NCBI GenBank assembly: GCA_963850855.1
Contig: CAWKNH010000012.1
Location: forward strand, 32,752-96,751
Direction of reading: 5' to 3'
DNA from: an uncultured Alphaproteobacteria bacterium
Lineage (GTDB): Bacteria > Pseudomonadota > Alphaproteobacteria > Rhizobiales > Xanthobacteraceae
DNA: 64,000 nucleotides
Within the stretch, counting starts at the first letter, position 1. Each line of letters opens with the position of its first letter. The notes under the pieces were generated by a model, which ran no database searches, was not told where the DNA came from, and saw only the letters and a list, made by a program, of their open reading frames with translations. Of this stretch, positions 9,663 to 20,149 are shown in pieces. The translations under genes were made by a program, and so were the position numbers.

Positions 9663-10979
9663 ATGGGCGTGCGGGATCTGGGCGTGAGAGTTGCCGTCGT
9701 CGCGGGCGTGCTGGCCGCAGCCCTGATGCCGGCGAGCGACGGAACGGCCGCACCCAAGGCTGCGCATCGGGCGGCGGCGGTGAAGAGGCCGGCGGCAAAA
9801 GAGTCAGCCGCAGCCGCCAGCCCGGCCGCAGCGCCTGCCGCCGACCAAACCGGAACGGTCGGCCGCCGCAAGGCCAAAGGCCGCGCCAAGGCTGCTCCCT
9901 CCGCGACGGTCATGAATAGTTATGTCGACATGCCGGAAGCGCAGCGGCTCGCCATTCAGTCCGATCTCGCCGCGGGAAAAGGCCCGGAGGCGAATGCCGG
10001 CTGGCGGCTGATCGAGGATCCGGCAACGGGTGCGCGCCTCGGCATACCGGAAAAGCTGGTGCCGAATACGAGCGCGACCCGCACCGGCAGCCGCTGGACC
10101 TCGGCGCAGGGGCAAATTCAGATCGAGACGTTCCGCCTCGCCGAGGCGGCATTGCCGGCGCTGTTCGACGACGAGAAGAAGGCAGGACACCGGCAGGTCG
10201 AGAGCAGCATCCTCAAGCCCGATACCTTCGCCATTTCCGGAACGCAGGGGCTGAAGAATTTTCTGATCCGCGCCGAGGCAAAAGGCGCGGAAGTGCGCGG
10301 CATCACCATTCTTTACGATCAGGCGACCGAGGGCATCATGGGCCGCGTCGCGGTCACCGTCGCCACCGCGTTTACGGGATTTCCCGATCCCAAGGCAGGC
10401 CCGTTGCCTGGCATGCAGCGCAGGGTCGAATACGGCACCGCGATCATCGTCAGCGCCCGGGGCGACCTTATCGCGCCGGCGCAACTCACCGAGGATTGCC
10501 AATCGATCACCGTGCCCGGCCTCGGCCACGCCGAGCGCGTCGCTGCCGACAAGAGCGATGACCTAGCGCTCCTTCGGCTCTACGGCGCGCGCAATCTGGT
10601 GCCGGCGATGCTCGGCGGCGAGGGCAGTCAGAGCGGCGAGCTGACGCTCGTCGGCGTCGCCGACCCGCAGGCCGGCGAAGGCGGCGGGGTGACGAGTGTC
10701 CCGGCGCGCTTGACGGCGCAAGGCCTCGATCCGGCGCCGAAGCTCGGCTTTTCGGGAGCGGCGGCCGTCGACGCCCAAGGCCGTTTCGCCGGCATGGTCG
10801 ATCTTAAGCCGGCGGTCCTCGCCGGCAGCGGCTCGACGGTGCAAGGCGCGACCGTGTTGCCGGCTGATCCCATCCGCGGCTTTCTGCAGGCCCACGGCGC
10901 CGCGCCTCCCGCCGCCAACGCTGGCCAGCCGGCACCGATGGCGCAGTCGGTCCTGCGCGTGATCTGCGTGCGCAAGTGA
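9663..10979 (+). CDS. Secreted trypsin-like serine protease-domain protein with an Ala/Pro-rich N-terminal region
   Basis: Track ORF 9609..10979, ATG 9663. Hydrophobic N-terminus. The C-terminal half has a chymotrypsin-fold-like pattern (...DDLALLRLYG..., ...GFSGAAAVDAQGRFAGMV...). Confidence 0.65.
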   Translation: MGVRDLGVRVAVVAGVLAAALMPASDGTAAPKAAHRAAAVKRPAAKESAAAASPAAAPAADQTGTVGRRKAKGRAKAAPSATVMNSYVDMPEAQRLAIQSDLAAGKGPEANAGWRLIEDPATGARLGIPEKLVPNTSATRTGSRWTSAQGQIQIETFRLAEAALPALFDDEKKAGHRQVESSILKPDTFAISGTQGLKNFLIRAEAKGAEVRGITILYDQATEGIMGRVAVTVATAFTGFPDPKAGPLPGMQRRVEYGTAIIVSARGDLIAPAQLTEDCQSITVPGLGHAERVAADKSDDLALLRLYGARNLVPAMLGGEGSQSGELTLVGVADPQAGEGGGVTSVPARLTAQGLDPAPKLGFSGAAAVDAQGRFAGMVDLKPAVLAGSGSTVQGATVLPADPIRGFLQAHGAAPPAANAGQPAPMAQSVLRVICVRK

Positions 10980-10988
10980 CGCCGCCGC

Positions 10989-11762
10989 TTATTTGTTCTC
11001 GAACTTTGGCGGCCGCTTGGCGATGAAGGCGGCCATGCCTTCCTTCTGGTCGGCGGTCGCGAACAAGGAATGGAAGATGCTGCGCTCGAAGCGCACGCCT
11101 TCGGCGAGCGAGGTCTCGAATGCGGCGTTGACCGCTTCTTTTGCCGCCAGCACCGAGGGAAGCGACATCGACGCGATCGTCTCCGCGACTTTCATGGCTT
11201 CCTCCATCAGGCTTGCCGCCGGCACGATGCGCGCGACGAGGCCGGCGCGCTCGGCTTCCGCCGCATCCATCATCCGGCCGGTGAGCATGATGTCCATCGC
11301 CTTCGCCTTGCCGACGGCGCGGGTGAAGCGCTGCGTGCCGCCGATGCCGGGAATGACCCCGAGCTTGATCTCGGGCTGACCGAACTTGGCGTTGTCGGCG
11401 GCGATGATGATGTCGCATTGCATGGCGAGCTCGCAGCCGCCGCCGAGCGCAAAACCCGCGACCGCGGCGACCGTCGGCTTGCGCGCCTGCGCGACGCAGT
11501 GCCAGCTGGCCATGAAGTTGCCGAGGAAGGCCTCGTTGAAGGTCTTGTCGACCATCTCCTTGATGTCGGCGCCGGCGGCGAACGCCTTCTCCGAGCCGGT
11601 GATCAGCATGCAGCGGATGTCGCTATCGGCCTCGAAAGTGTCGACGGCTTGGCTCAATTCGCGGATCAGCGCGCTGTTGAGCGCATTGAGCGCCTGCGGC
11701 CGGTTGAGCTGGATCAGTCCGACGTGGCCGCGGGTCTCGACGATGATGGTCTCGTAGCTCAT
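10989..11762 (-). CDS. Enoyl-CoA hydratase (crotonase family)
   Basis: Track ORF 10989..11879. Start re-picked at ATG 11760-11762 ([28 protein letters not shown]). Oxyanion-hole motifs ...[10 protein letters not shown]... and ...GGGCELAM... Confidence 0.9.
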   Translation of the reverse strand: MSYETIIVETRGHVGLIQLNRPQALNALNSALIRELSQAVDTFEADSDIRCMLITGSEKAFAAGADIKEMVDKTFNEAFLGNFMASWHCVAQARKPTVAAVAGFALGGGCELAMQCDIIIAADNAKFGQPEIKLGVIPGIGGTQRFTRAVGKAKAMDIMLTGRMMDAAEAERAGLVARIVPAASLMEEAMKVAETIASMSLPSVLAAKEAVNAAFETSLAEGVRFERSIFHSLFATADQKEGMAAFIAKRPPKFENK

Positions 11763-11791
11763 GGCCTGCCTCGGCTTTGCCGCCAGTTCGA

Positions 11792-12673
11792 TCACTTCTG
11801 GCACACCGGGCAATAAAACGTCGAGCGTCCATTCTGCACGATGCGTTTGACCACGCCGCGGCAGCCGGGCGTGCGGCATTTCTCGCCCTCGCGATCGTAG
11901 ACGCGGAAATTATGCTGGAACATGCCGAGCTCACCGTCGGTGAGCTTGTGGTCGCGCAGCGTTGAGCCGCCGTCCTTGATCGCCTCGTTGAGCACCGCCT
12001 TGATGCCTTCGACCAGACGTTCGGCACGCTCGTTCGGCGCGCCGGCCCGGTCGGCGATGGTCGCGGCGATGCGCTTGGGCGAGAGCCGTGCGCGATAGAG
12101 CGCTTCGCAGACATAAATGTTGCCGAGCCCCGCCACCACGCGCTGGTCCGACAACGCCGCCTTGAGGCTCGTCTTCTTGCCCGCGCAAGCACGCGCCAGC
12201 ATCGCCGCGTCGAATTCGTTGCCGAGCGGCTCGGGGCCGAGCCGCTTGAGCAGCTTCTCGTCGTCGAGTTTTTGCCGCGGCACGATCTTCATCGAGCCGA
12301 AGCGGCGCGGATCGTTGAAGGTCACGACTGCGCCCGAGGACATGTGAAAGACGACGTGATCGTGCGCCGCATGCTGCGCGCGTTGGTGATAGTAGCGGCC
12401 GAGCGATTTGTCGCCGTCGTGGCGGAACACATGGAACGAGCCGGACATGCCGAGATGCATGAGCAAAACCTCGCCGGAGGAGAGATCGGCGAGGAGATAT
12501 TTGGCGCGCCGGCCGAGCCCGGTCACCGTCTTGCCTTCGAGACGGTGCGCGAAGTTCTTGCCGAGCGGCCAGCGCAGATCGCCGCGGCGCGTTTCGACCT
12601 TGGTGAAGCGCGCGCCCTCCATGACCGGCGCGAGGCCGCGCCGCACTGTCTCGACTTCGGGAAGTTCGGGCAT
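11792..12673 (-). CDS. mutM: Formamidopyrimidine-DNA glycosylase
   Basis: N-terminal [14 protein letters not shown] and a C-terminal zinc finger (CRTPGC...FYCPVCQ). Confidence 0.95.
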   Translation of the reverse strand: MPELPEVETVRRGLAPVMEGARFTKVETRRGDLRWPLGKNFAHRLEGKTVTGLGRRAKYLLADLSSGEVLLMHLGMSGSFHVFRHDGDKSLGRYYHQRAQHAAHDHVVFHMSSGAVVTFNDPRRFGSMKIVPRQKLDDEKLLKRLGPEPLGNEFDAAMLARACAGKKTSLKAALSDQRVVAGLGNIYVCEALYRARLSPKRIAATIADRAGAPNERAERLVEGIKAVLNEAIKDGGSTLRDHKLTDGELGMFQHNFRVYDREGEKCRTPGCRGVVKRIVQNGRSTFYCPVCQK

Positions 12674-12770
12674 CGTTCGGTCCGCCGCCTCGTCGCAGCA
12701 ACGTGGTTAATTTCAGACACATAGCGCCGCTTTCGCCTCCGCGCTATGGTTGCGCGAGAAGGGACCGGCC

Positions 12771-13520
12771 GTGGCAGACACCGCCCATTTCGGCTCGCGC
12801 AAGGTGCCGCTTGCGGAGAAGCAGGCGCTGGTCGACAGCGTATTCCGCAGCGTCGCCCACCGCTACGATTTGATGAACGACCTGATGTCGTTCGGGCTGC
12901 ATCGCGCCTGGAAGGACGCGCTGGTCGTTGCGGCCAATCCGCCGAAAAATCGCGACTTCGCGCTCCTCGACATCGCCGGCGGCACCGGCGACGTTGCCAC
13001 GCGCGTGATCGCCGCCGGCGGCGAGCGCACCAAGGCCACGGTGTGTGACATCAGCGCCGACATGCTCGCGGTCGGGCGCGAACGCGCCGCCGCGCGCGGC
13101 CTTGGCGACGTTCTCACCTTCATCGAGGGCAATGCCGAGGCGTTGCCGTTCGCCGACCGCAGCTTCGACGCCGCAACCATCGCGTTCGGCATCCGTAACG
13201 TGCCGCGCATCGAAACCGCGCTGGCCGAGGCATTTCGCGTGCTCAAGATCGGCGGCCGGTTCCTGTGCCTCGAATTTTCCGCGGCCGACGTCCCCGGGCT
13301 CGACCGGCTCTACGAGCTCTACTCGTTCAATCTCATTCCGGCGCTCGGCCGCGCCGTGGTCGGCGACGCCGAATCCTACCGGTATCTGGTGGAATCGATC
13401 CGCCGCTTTCCGCGGCCTGAGGATTTCGCCGCCATGCTGCGCGCCGCCGGCTTCGCCCGGGTTTCGTTTCAGCCGATGACCGGCGGCATCGTGGCGCTGC
13501 ATTCCGGCTGGCGCTTGTGA
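12771..13520 (+). CDS. ubiE: Ubiquinone/menaquinone biosynthesis C-methyltransferase
   Basis: Track ORF begins at TTG 12750. GTG 12771 behind GAAGGGA is the more likely start. Motifs [25 protein letters not shown], and SAM motif [10 protein letters not shown]. Confidence 0.9.
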   Translation: MADTAHFGSRKVPLAEKQALVDSVFRSVAHRYDLMNDLMSFGLHRAWKDALVVAANPPKNRDFALLDIAGGTGDVATRVIAAGGERTKATVCDISADMLAVGRERAAARGLGDVLTFIEGNAEALPFADRSFDAATIAFGIRNVPRIETALAEAFRVLKIGGRFLCLEFSAADVPGLDRLYELYSFNLIPALGRAVVGDAESYRYLVESIRRFPRPEDFAAMLRAAGFARVSFQPMTGGIVALHSGWRL

Positions 13521-15088
13521 TCTCGGCTCCCGCGGATCTCGTTCGCCTGGCCCGCGCCGGCTTCGTGTTCGCCCGCGAAGGGGTGTTCGGCGTCCTCGAT
13601 CCGATGGCGGTGCCGGCCCCGGCGCAGCCCTTGTTTCGGCTGGCGCGCCTGCTCGAGCGGCGCAGCACCGGCGCGGCGGAAACACGTCTGTCGGCCGCGC
13701 TGACGCGGCTCGGGCCGAGTTACGTCAAGCTCGGTCAATTCCTGGCGACACGGCCGGACGTCGTCGGCTCCGCGCTCGCCCGCGATCTCGAGCGATTGCA
13801 GGACCGGATGCCGCCGTTCCCGCAACGCGAGGCCGAAGCCGCGATCGCCGCCTCGTTCGGCCGGCCGGTCGGATCGGTCTTTGCGAGCTTCGGGCCGCCG
13901 GTCGCCGCCGCCTCGATCGCGCAGGTGCATCGCGGCGAGGTGGAGACTGCGGCGGGCCGACGGCCGGTCGCGATCAAGGTGCTGCGGCCCGGCATCGAGC
14001 GGCGCTTTCTCGCCGATCTGCACTCGTTCGACTTTGCCGCGCGCCACGCCGAGGATTTCTCCGCCGAGGCGCGGCGGCTGCGGCTCGTCGAGGTGGTCGA
14101 CACGTTGCGCCGCTCGGTCGTGCTGGAAATGGATTTCCGCATGGAGGCGGCGGCGCTTTCGGAGATGGCCGAGAACACCAAGGACGATCCCGATTTTCGC
14201 GTGCCGACGATCGACTGGGACCGCACCACCAAGGAAGTGCTCACGCTCGAATGGATCGACGCGACGCCGCTCTCCGACCGCGCCCGCCTGCAAGCCAAGG
14301 GATTCGATTTCCGCCGGCTGGCGCGGGCGCTGATCCAGACCTTTCTGCGCCACGCGCTGCGCGACGGCTTCTTTCACGCCGACATGCATCCGGGAAATCT
14401 GTTCGTCGACGACGACGGCCGGCTGATCGCCGTCGATTTCGGCATCATGGGCCGCCTCGGGGTCAAGGAGCGGTTGTTCCTTGCCGAAATCCTGCACGGC
14501 TTCATCACCCGCGACTATCACCGCACCGCGGAAGTGCACTTCGAAGCCGGTTACGTGCCGCCGTCGCACTCGATCGACAGCTTCGCGCAAGCCATTCGCG
14601 CCATCGGCGAGCCGATCCATAACCGCGCCGCCGAGGATATCTCGATGGCGCGGTTGCTCACCTTGCTGTTCGAGGTGACCGGCCTGTTCGACATGCGCAC
14701 GCGGCCGGAGCTGCTGCTGCTGCAGAAGACCATGGTGGTGGTCGAGGGCGTGGCGCGTTCGTTCGATCCCAAGCTCGACATGTGGTCGACCGCCGAGCCG
14801 GTGGTCAGCGAGTGGATGACGCGACATCTCGGCCCCGCCGGCAAGCTCGAAAACGCCGCGGAAGGCGCCGCCGAGCTCGGCCGCTTCATCGGCAATGCGC
14901 CCGGGTTGCTCACCCGCGGCGCGCGCGTGCTCGATCAGCTCGACGAGAGCACCCGCGACGGGCTGGTGCTCTCGCCGCAGACTATCGCCGACCTCGGGAA
15001 GGCCGAAGCCCGCCGCAGCCGCTGGACCATGGCGGCGCTGTGGGTGATCGCGGCCCTGCTGCTCTGGATCGTCATTCGGATGTGGTGA
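13517..15088 (+). CDS. ubiB: UbiB/ABC1 atypical kinase (ubiquinone biosynthesis)
   Basis: 523-aa track ORF. The GTG start overlaps the ubiE stop (GTGA). ABC1 motifs (...[11 protein letters not shown]...VAIKVLRPG..., ...[13 protein letters not shown]...) and a C-terminal TM helix. Confidence 0.9.
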   Translation: MISAPADLVRLARAGFVFAREGVFGVLDPMAVPAPAQPLFRLARLLERRSTGAAETRLSAALTRLGPSYVKLGQFLATRPDVVGSALARDLERLQDRMPPFPQREAEAAIAASFGRPVGSVFASFGPPVAAASIAQVHRGEVETAAGRRPVAIKVLRPGIERRFLADLHSFDFAARHAEDFSAEARRLRLVEVVDTLRRSVVLEMDFRMEAAALSEMAENTKDDPDFRVPTIDWDRTTKEVLTLEWIDATPLSDRARLQAKGFDFRRLARALIQTFLRHALRDGFFHADMHPGNLFVDDDGRLIAVDFGIMGRLGVKERLFLAEILHGFITRDYHRTAEVHFEAGYVPPSHSIDSFAQAIRAIGEPIHNRAAEDISMARLLTLLFEVTGLFDMRTRPELLLLQKTMVVVEGVARSFDPKLDMWSTAEPVVSEWMTRHLGPAGKLENAAEGAAELGRFIGNAPGLLTRGARVLDQLDESTRDGLVLSPQTIADLGKAEARRSRWTMAALWVIAALLLWIVIRMW

Positions 15089-15113
15089 TTGCATTGATTG
15101 CAATGCAATCACC
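15084..15113. repeat. Perfect inverted repeat (13-bp arms, 4-nt centre); candidate operator or transcript-end hairpin
   Basis: GGTGATTGCATTG-ATTG-CAATGCAATCACC. It overlaps the ubiB stop codon (15086-15088) and ends 14 nt before the coaBC ATG. No T-run follows it. Confidence 0.8.
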
Positions 15114-15127
15114 GGCTAGGATCGGCC

Positions 15128-16531
15128 ATGGCCAGCCTTACCGTCCGGCAACTCGATGACAAACTGAAGCGGCAGCTGCGCCTGCGCGCGGCGCGCAATG
15201 GCCGTTCGATGGAGGACGAGATCCGCGTCATCCTGCGGGCGGCGGCACAGGATGCCGGCCGCGACATGCCGGAGCATTTCGAGGTGCCGACGCGGCCTTC
15301 GCGTCAGGCCGCGCGCGTGCCGGCGGCCAGCACGCGGGTCCTGCTCATCATCGGCGGCGGAATTGCCGCCTATAAGTCGCTCGATCTCATCCGCCGGCTG
15401 CAGGACCGCGGCGCCGGCGTGCGCTGCGTTCTCACCGGCGCCGCGCAGCATTTCGTGACGCCGCTTGTCGCCGGCGCGCTCTGCGGCGAGCGCGCCTACA
15501 CCAACCTGTTCGATCCGCAGAGCGAGTTCGATGTCGGCCATATCCGCCTCGCCCGCGACACCGATCTCGTCATCGTCGCGCCGGCGACGGCCGACCTCAT
15601 CGCCAAGATGGCCGGCGGCCATGCCGACGATCTCGCCACCGCCGTGCTCCTTGCAACCGACAAGCCGATCCTGATCGCCCCGGCCATGAACCCGTTTATG
15701 TGGGCCGCCAAGGCGACGCAGCGCAATCTCGCGCGCCTCGTCGCCGACGGCGTGCGCCTCGTCGGACCGGAGGCCGGCGAAATGGCGGAGCGCGGCGAAG
15801 CCGGCGTCGGCCGCATGGCCGAGCCGCTCGCGATCGTCGCCGCGCTCGAAGCGATCCTGCGGCAAAGCGGATCGCTGTCGGGCAAGCGCGTGCTCGTCAC
15901 CTCCGGGCCGACCAGCGAGCCGATCGACCCGGTGCGGTTCATCGCCAACCGTTCCTCGGGGAAGCAGGGCCACGCCATCGCCGCCGCCGCCGCGGCGGCG
16001 GGCGCGGACGTGGTGCTGGTCAGCGGCCCGGTCAACCTGCCCGCTCCGCCGGGCGTTTCGGTGATACGGGTCGAGACCGCGCAGCAAATGCTCGCCGCGG
16101 TCGAGAAAACGCTGCCGGCCGAAATCGCCGTCTTCGCCGCCGCGGTTGCCGATTGGCGGGTGCGGCGCGTGAGCGAGGGCAAGATCAAGAAACAGGGCGG
16201 CGGGCCGCCGACGCTCGACCTCGTGGAGAATCCCGACATCTTGTCGGCCATCGCCCACCGCAAATCCGGCCGGCCGCGCCTGGTGATCGGGTTTGCCGCC
16301 GAGACCGATCACGTTATTGCCAACGCCAAGGCGAAGCTCAAGAAGAAGGGCTGCGACTGGATTCTCGCCAACGATGTTTCGCCGGCGACCGGCATCATGG
16401 GCGGCGATGCCAATACGGTTCACCTGGTGAGTGCGACCGGCGTCGAATCCTGGCCGCCGCAATCGAAGGACGACGTCGCGCGCGCCCTGATCGAGCGCAT
16501 CGCCGCGGCGCTGGCGGAGACCAAGCGATGA
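15128..16531 (+). CDS. coaBC: Bifunctional phosphopantothenoylcysteine decarboxylase / phosphopantothenate-cysteine ligase with an N-terminal ribbon-helix-helix (FitA/VapB-like) extension
   Basis: Track ORF 15098..16531, ATG 15128. Flavoprotein domain from ~codon 70 ([14 protein letters not shown]), then the DFP/CoaB domain (...[25 protein letters not shown]...). Residues 1-45 ([42 protein letters not shown]) are RHH-like. An alternative internal GTG lies at 15317. Confidence 0.9.
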   Translation: MASLTVRQLDDKLKRQLRLRAARNGRSMEDEIRVILRAAAQDAGRDMPEHFEVPTRPSRQAARVPAASTRVLLIIGGGIAAYKSLDLIRRLQDRGAGVRCVLTGAAQHFVTPLVAGALCGERAYTNLFDPQSEFDVGHIRLARDTDLVIVAPATADLIAKMAGGHADDLATAVLLATDKPILIAPAMNPFMWAAKATQRNLARLVADGVRLVGPEAGEMAERGEAGVGRMAEPLAIVAALEAILRQSGSLSGKRVLVTSGPTSEPIDPVRFIANRSSGKQGHAIAAAAAAAGADVVLVSGPVNLPAPPGVSVIRVETAQQMLAAVEKTLPAEIAVFAAAVADWRVRRVSEGKIKKQGGGPPTLDLVENPDILSAIAHRKSGRPRLVIGFAAETDHVIANAKAKLKKKGCDWILANDVSPATGIMGGDANTVHLVSATGVESWPPQSKDDVARALIERIAAALAETKR

Positions 16532-17019
16532 GCGGCGCGCCAGAGATCGAAGTGCGCGTTGTGCGCTTGCCGCACGCCGCCGATCTGCCATTGCCGCAAT
16601 ACCAAAGCGCGCAGGCGGCGGGACTCGATCTCCTCGCCGCAGTGCCCGCCGAACGACCGGTTGAGCTCGCGCCGGGCGCGCGCGCCACGATTCCGACCGG
16701 GGTCGCCATCGCCTTGCCGCCCGGCCATGAGGGCCAGATCAGGCCGCGTTCGGGCCTTGCCGCGCGGCACGGCGTAACGGTGCTCAACGCTCCCGGCACC
16801 ATCGATGCTGACTACCGGGGAGAATTACAGGTCATTCTTGTGAATATTGGGTCGGAGCTATTTGTAGTTCATCGGGGCATGCGCATCGCCCAGCTAGTAA
16901 TCGCGCCCATACAACATGCAAAACTTGTTGAAACGACCAGCTTGGACGCGACGGATCGCGCGTCGGGCGGGCTCGGTTCCACGGGCGTCGCCACGAATAT
17001 TGTCGAAAAGCGCGGCTAG
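16528..17019 (+). CDS. dut: dUTP diphosphatase
   Basis: Last 163 codons of composite track ORF 15700..17019. The ATG overlaps the coaBC stop (ATGA). Motifs [21 protein letters not shown] and a C-terminal GGLGSTG. Confidence 0.95.
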   Translation: MSGAPEIEVRVVRLPHAADLPLPQYQSAQAAGLDLLAAVPAERPVELAPGARATIPTGVAIALPPGHEGQIRPRSGLAARHGVTVLNAPGTIDADYRGELQVILVNIGSELFVVHRGMRIAQLVIAPIQHAKLVETTSLDATDRASGGLGSTGVATNIVEKRG

Positions 17020-17103
17020 AGCGAAGTTAAACTGGACCGTTCCATCGCCCGGAATATATTACCTCTCCGCAAGCCGAAACCGATTCCCTTCCCGCCGCGT
17101 TGA

Positions 17104-17520
17104 TTGCGCTTCATGCCACTGCTTTCCCGCAAAGGAGTCCTCGCCATCGCGGCTGTCATCGACGTGGCATTGCATGCGCATGCCCATCCGATTTCCGCCA
17201 AGGCACTGGCGGTGCGTCACGGCTTACCGCCACGGCACCTCGAGCCGGTGTTGCAGGCGCTGGTGCGCGACGGCATCCTCAAAGGCGTCCGCGGCCCGCG
17301 CGGCGGTTACGCACTCGCCCGCGAGCGAAAGCGGGTGACGGCCAATGACATCCTGCGCGCCACGGCAGCGATCGACGGCTGCGAAAAGCCGCACCAGGGC
17401 TCCGAGCTCCTGAGCAAGGTCGTGCTTCCGGCGCTGGCCAATGCCGAAGAGGAGTTCGGCGTCGCGTTGAGCCGCATCAATGTCGAAGACATGGCGCACA
17501 GCGCCGAGAAACTGAACTAG
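17104..17520 (+). CDS. Rrf2-family transcriptional regulator
   Basis: 138-aa track ORF. N-terminal wHTH pattern (LSRKGVLAIAAVIDVALH...ISAKALAVRHGLPPRHLEPVLQALVRDGILKGVRGPRGGYALAR). No Cys cluster is evident. Confidence 0.85.
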   Translation: MRFMPLLSRKGVLAIAAVIDVALHAHAHPISAKALAVRHGLPPRHLEPVLQALVRDGILKGVRGPRGGYALARERKRVTANDILRATAAIDGCEKPHQGSELLSKVVLPALANAEEEFGVALSRINVEDMAHSAEKLN

Positions 17521-17615
17521 CGCGGCTTCGCTCGGCGCGTTCGCGATCCCGTTCACGATCTGGACTCTTTCGGCGCGATTCCGCTTGAGAGTAGAGTCGA
17601 CCAATTCGCTGGCAC

Positions 17616-20144
17616 ATGGCGGTAACGGCCAGCAGAGGCGGAAGGGGCATGCCGGACACGATCCGGACGAGCCGGGGCTGTGTTCGTCCGTGGCTGGGCA
17701 GATTGCTTGCAGCCATTGGTGTCGCTCCGTCGCTGCCGGCCTACGCCGAGCAAAAGCCGGCGCTGGTCCTGCACGAGCTTGTCGTCGGCGCTTCGCGCAG
17801 CATCGATCGTCACGAGATCGCGGCGCTGGCGCTGATTATCGGGCTTTCGTTGTTCGCCGTGGTCACCGCGATCCTGTTGGTGCGCACGCGCGCGCGCGCG
17901 GCACGGCTCGAAGCCGCGGCGCATGACGAGACCGCGGCGCTGCGCGGCGGGCTCGACCGCGCCAACGCCTTGCTGCTGTCGGAGCCGCAGCTGGTGGTGG
18001 ATTGGCCGGCGGCATCCGACGAACCAAGCATCGAGGGCGATCCTTCGATCGTCGGCGTTTCGGCGCCGCATCGCGCGCTCGCCTTCGGCAGCTGGCTCGA
18101 TCCGGGCAAGGCGCGCGCGATGGAGCAGGCGGTCGGGGCGTTGCGGGCGCTGGGCGAACCTTTCGCCATGTCGTTCGTCACGCTGGCCGGCCGCCCGATC
18201 GAGGCGCAGGGTCGCGCCATCGCCGGGCGTGCGGTGCTGCGGCTTAAAGATGCGACCGGCGTCAAGCGCGAGCTGGTGGAGCTGGGCAGCCGGCACGCGG
18301 CGTTGCTGAGCGAGATCGCGTCGCTGCGCACCTTGATCGAGCGGCTGCCGTCGCCGGTGTGGACGCGCGACGCCGCCGGCCGCCTGACCTTCGTCAACGC
18401 CGCCTATGCGCGCGCGGTCGAAGCGCGCGATGCCGCCGATGCAGTGGCGCGCGGCCTGGAACTCCTCGATACCTCGGCGCGCGAGAACCTGGCGCGCTCG
18501 CGCGCCTCGAGCGGCGCCTATGCCGGCCGGCTTCCGGCCGTGGTCGCCGGCGCGCGACGCAGCTTCGACGTCCTCGACGTTCGCACCGATTCCGGCAGCG
18601 CCGGCCTCGGTATCGACGCGACCGAAGCGGAAACAATGCGCAGCGTGCTCGCGCGCATGGTCGATGCGCATCGGCGCACGCTCGACGCGCTCTCGACCGG
18701 CGTCGCCATGTTCGATGCCGCGCACAAGCTGACCTTCTACAATGCCGCCTATCGCGCGCTGTGGGGCCTCGACGCCTTCTATCTCGATCAGCGGCCGACC
18801 GACGCGGCGGTGCTCGAGGAATTGCGTGCGGCGCGCAAGCTGCCGGAGGAGCAGGACTTCCGGCTATGGCGCACGCAGCTGCACGACGCCTACCGCGCTA
18901 TCGAGGCCAAGGAGCACACCTGGCACCTGCCCGACGGGCGCACCTTGCGCGTCGTCACCACGCCCAATCCCGACGGCGGCGTCACCTATCTGTTCAACGA
19001 CGTGACCGAGCGGCTCGATCTCGAGCGGCGCTTCGAAGAATTAATCCGCGTGCGCGGCGAGACGCTCGACAATCTGGCCGAAGGCGTCGTCGTGTTTGCC
19101 AGCGACGGCCGCGTGCGCCTGTACAATCCCACCTTCGCCCGGATGTGGCGGCTCACGCCGCAAATGCTGGCCGAGCGGCCGCATATTGAGACGATCACCG
19201 CAGTGGCCCGGCCGCTGCACGGCGACCATCCCACGTGGCAGGCGCTGCGGCAGGTGGTGACCGCGATCGACAGCCGCGAGGCGATATCGGGGCGGCTCGA
19301 ACGGCGCGACGGCGGCGTGGTCGATTGCCGGACCGTGCCGTTGCCCGACGGCGCCACGCTGGTGACGTTCCACGACGTCACCAACTCGGTCAATGTCGAA
19401 CGGGCGCTCCTTGAGCGCAACGAAGCGCTCGAGGACGCCGACAAGATCAAGATCGATTTCGTGCATCACGTCTCCTACGAGCTGCGCTCGCCGCTCACCA
19501 ACATTATCGGCTTCGTGCATCTGCTCGGCGATCCGGCGACCGGTCCGCTGGCCGACAAGCAGCGCGAATATCTCGACTACATCACCGTGTCGACCGATAC
19601 GCTGCTCGCGCTCATCAACAACATCCTCGATCTCGCCACCATCGACGCCGGCCGCATGCACCTCAATCTCGGCGCGGTCGATATCCGTGCCACCATGGAT
19701 GCGGCCGCCGAAGGCGTGCAGGACCGGCTGGTCAGCGCCGGCCTCGTGCTCGACATCCGTGCCGCCGCCGACATCGGTACCTTCACTGCCGACGAGCGGC
19801 GCCTGCGGCAGATCCTGTTCAACCTTCTGGCCAATGCGTTGAGCTTTTCCCCGGCCGCCGGGACTGTTACGCTCCTCGCCGAACGGCGAGCCGATGCGAT
19901 CGTCTTCTCGGTCACCGATCACGGGCCGGGCATTCCGCCCGAGGTGCTGGAGCGAGTGTTCGACTGGTTCGAGACCCACTCGCTCGGCTCGCACCATCGC
20001 GGCACCGGGATCGGGCTTTCGCTGGTGCGCTCGTTCGTCGAGCTGCATGGCGGCACGGTGACGATCGCTTCGGTCGTCGGGGAGGGCACCACGGTGACGT
20101 GCACGTTCCCACTTGGCGAGGCGGCCAGGCTGACGGCGGCCTAG
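17616..20144 (+). CDS. Membrane-bound multi-PAS sensor histidine kinase
   Basis: 842-aa track ORF; start uncertain (ATG 17616 or 17649). TM segment (LALIIGLSLFAVVTAILLV), PAS-like segments, H-box HHVSYELRSPLTNI, N-box FNLLANALSF, G1 DHGPGI, G2 GTGIGLSL. Confidence 0.9.
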   Translation: MAVTASRGGRGMPDTIRTSRGCVRPWLGRLLAAIGVAPSLPAYAEQKPALVLHELVVGASRSIDRHEIAALALIIGLSLFAVVTAILLVRTRARAARLEAAAHDETAALRGGLDRANALLLSEPQLVVDWPAASDEPSIEGDPSIVGVSAPHRALAFGSWLDPGKARAMEQAVGALRALGEPFAMSFVTLAGRPIEAQGRAIAGRAVLRLKDATGVKRELVELGSRHAALLSEIASLRTLIERLPSPVWTRDAAGRLTFVNAAYARAVEARDAADAVARGLELLDTSARENLARSRASSGAYAGRLPAVVAGARRSFDVLDVRTDSGSAGLGIDATEAETMRSVLARMVDAHRRTLDALSTGVAMFDAAHKLTFYNAAYRALWGLDAFYLDQRPTDAAVLEELRAARKLPEEQDFRLWRTQLHDAYRAIEAKEHTWHLPDGRTLRVVTTPNPDGGVTYLFNDVTERLDLERRFEELIRVRGETLDNLAEGVVVFASDGRVRLYNPTFARMWRLTPQMLAERPHIETITAVARPLHGDHPTWQALRQVVTAIDSREAISGRLERRDGGVVDCRTVPLPDGATLVTFHDVTNSVNVERALLERNEALEDADKIKIDFVHHVSYELRSPLTNIIGFVHLLGDPATGPLADKQREYLDYITVSTDTLLALINNILDLATIDAGRMHLNLGAVDIRATMDAAAEGVQDRLVSAGLVLDIRAAADIGTFTADERRLRQILFNLLANALSFSPAAGTVTLLAERRADAIVFSVTDHGPGIPPEVLERVFDWFETHSLGSHHRGTGIGLSLVRSFVELHGGTVTIASVVGEGTTVTCTFPLGEAARLTAA

Positions 20145-20149
20145 CGCAT

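Noticed and set aside
15128-15330. Stand-alone VapB/FitA-type antitoxin gene, i.e. a toxin-antitoxin module
   Set aside because: There is no stop codon before the CoaBC domains, and no PIN or other toxin ORF on either side. It is treated instead as a fusion, or as a decayed in-frame remnant.
13469-16591. 547-aa and 491-aa minus-strand ORFs antisense to ubiB and coaBC
   Set aside because: Shadow ORFs opposite well-supported genes, with composition typical of the wrong frame in high-GC DNA.
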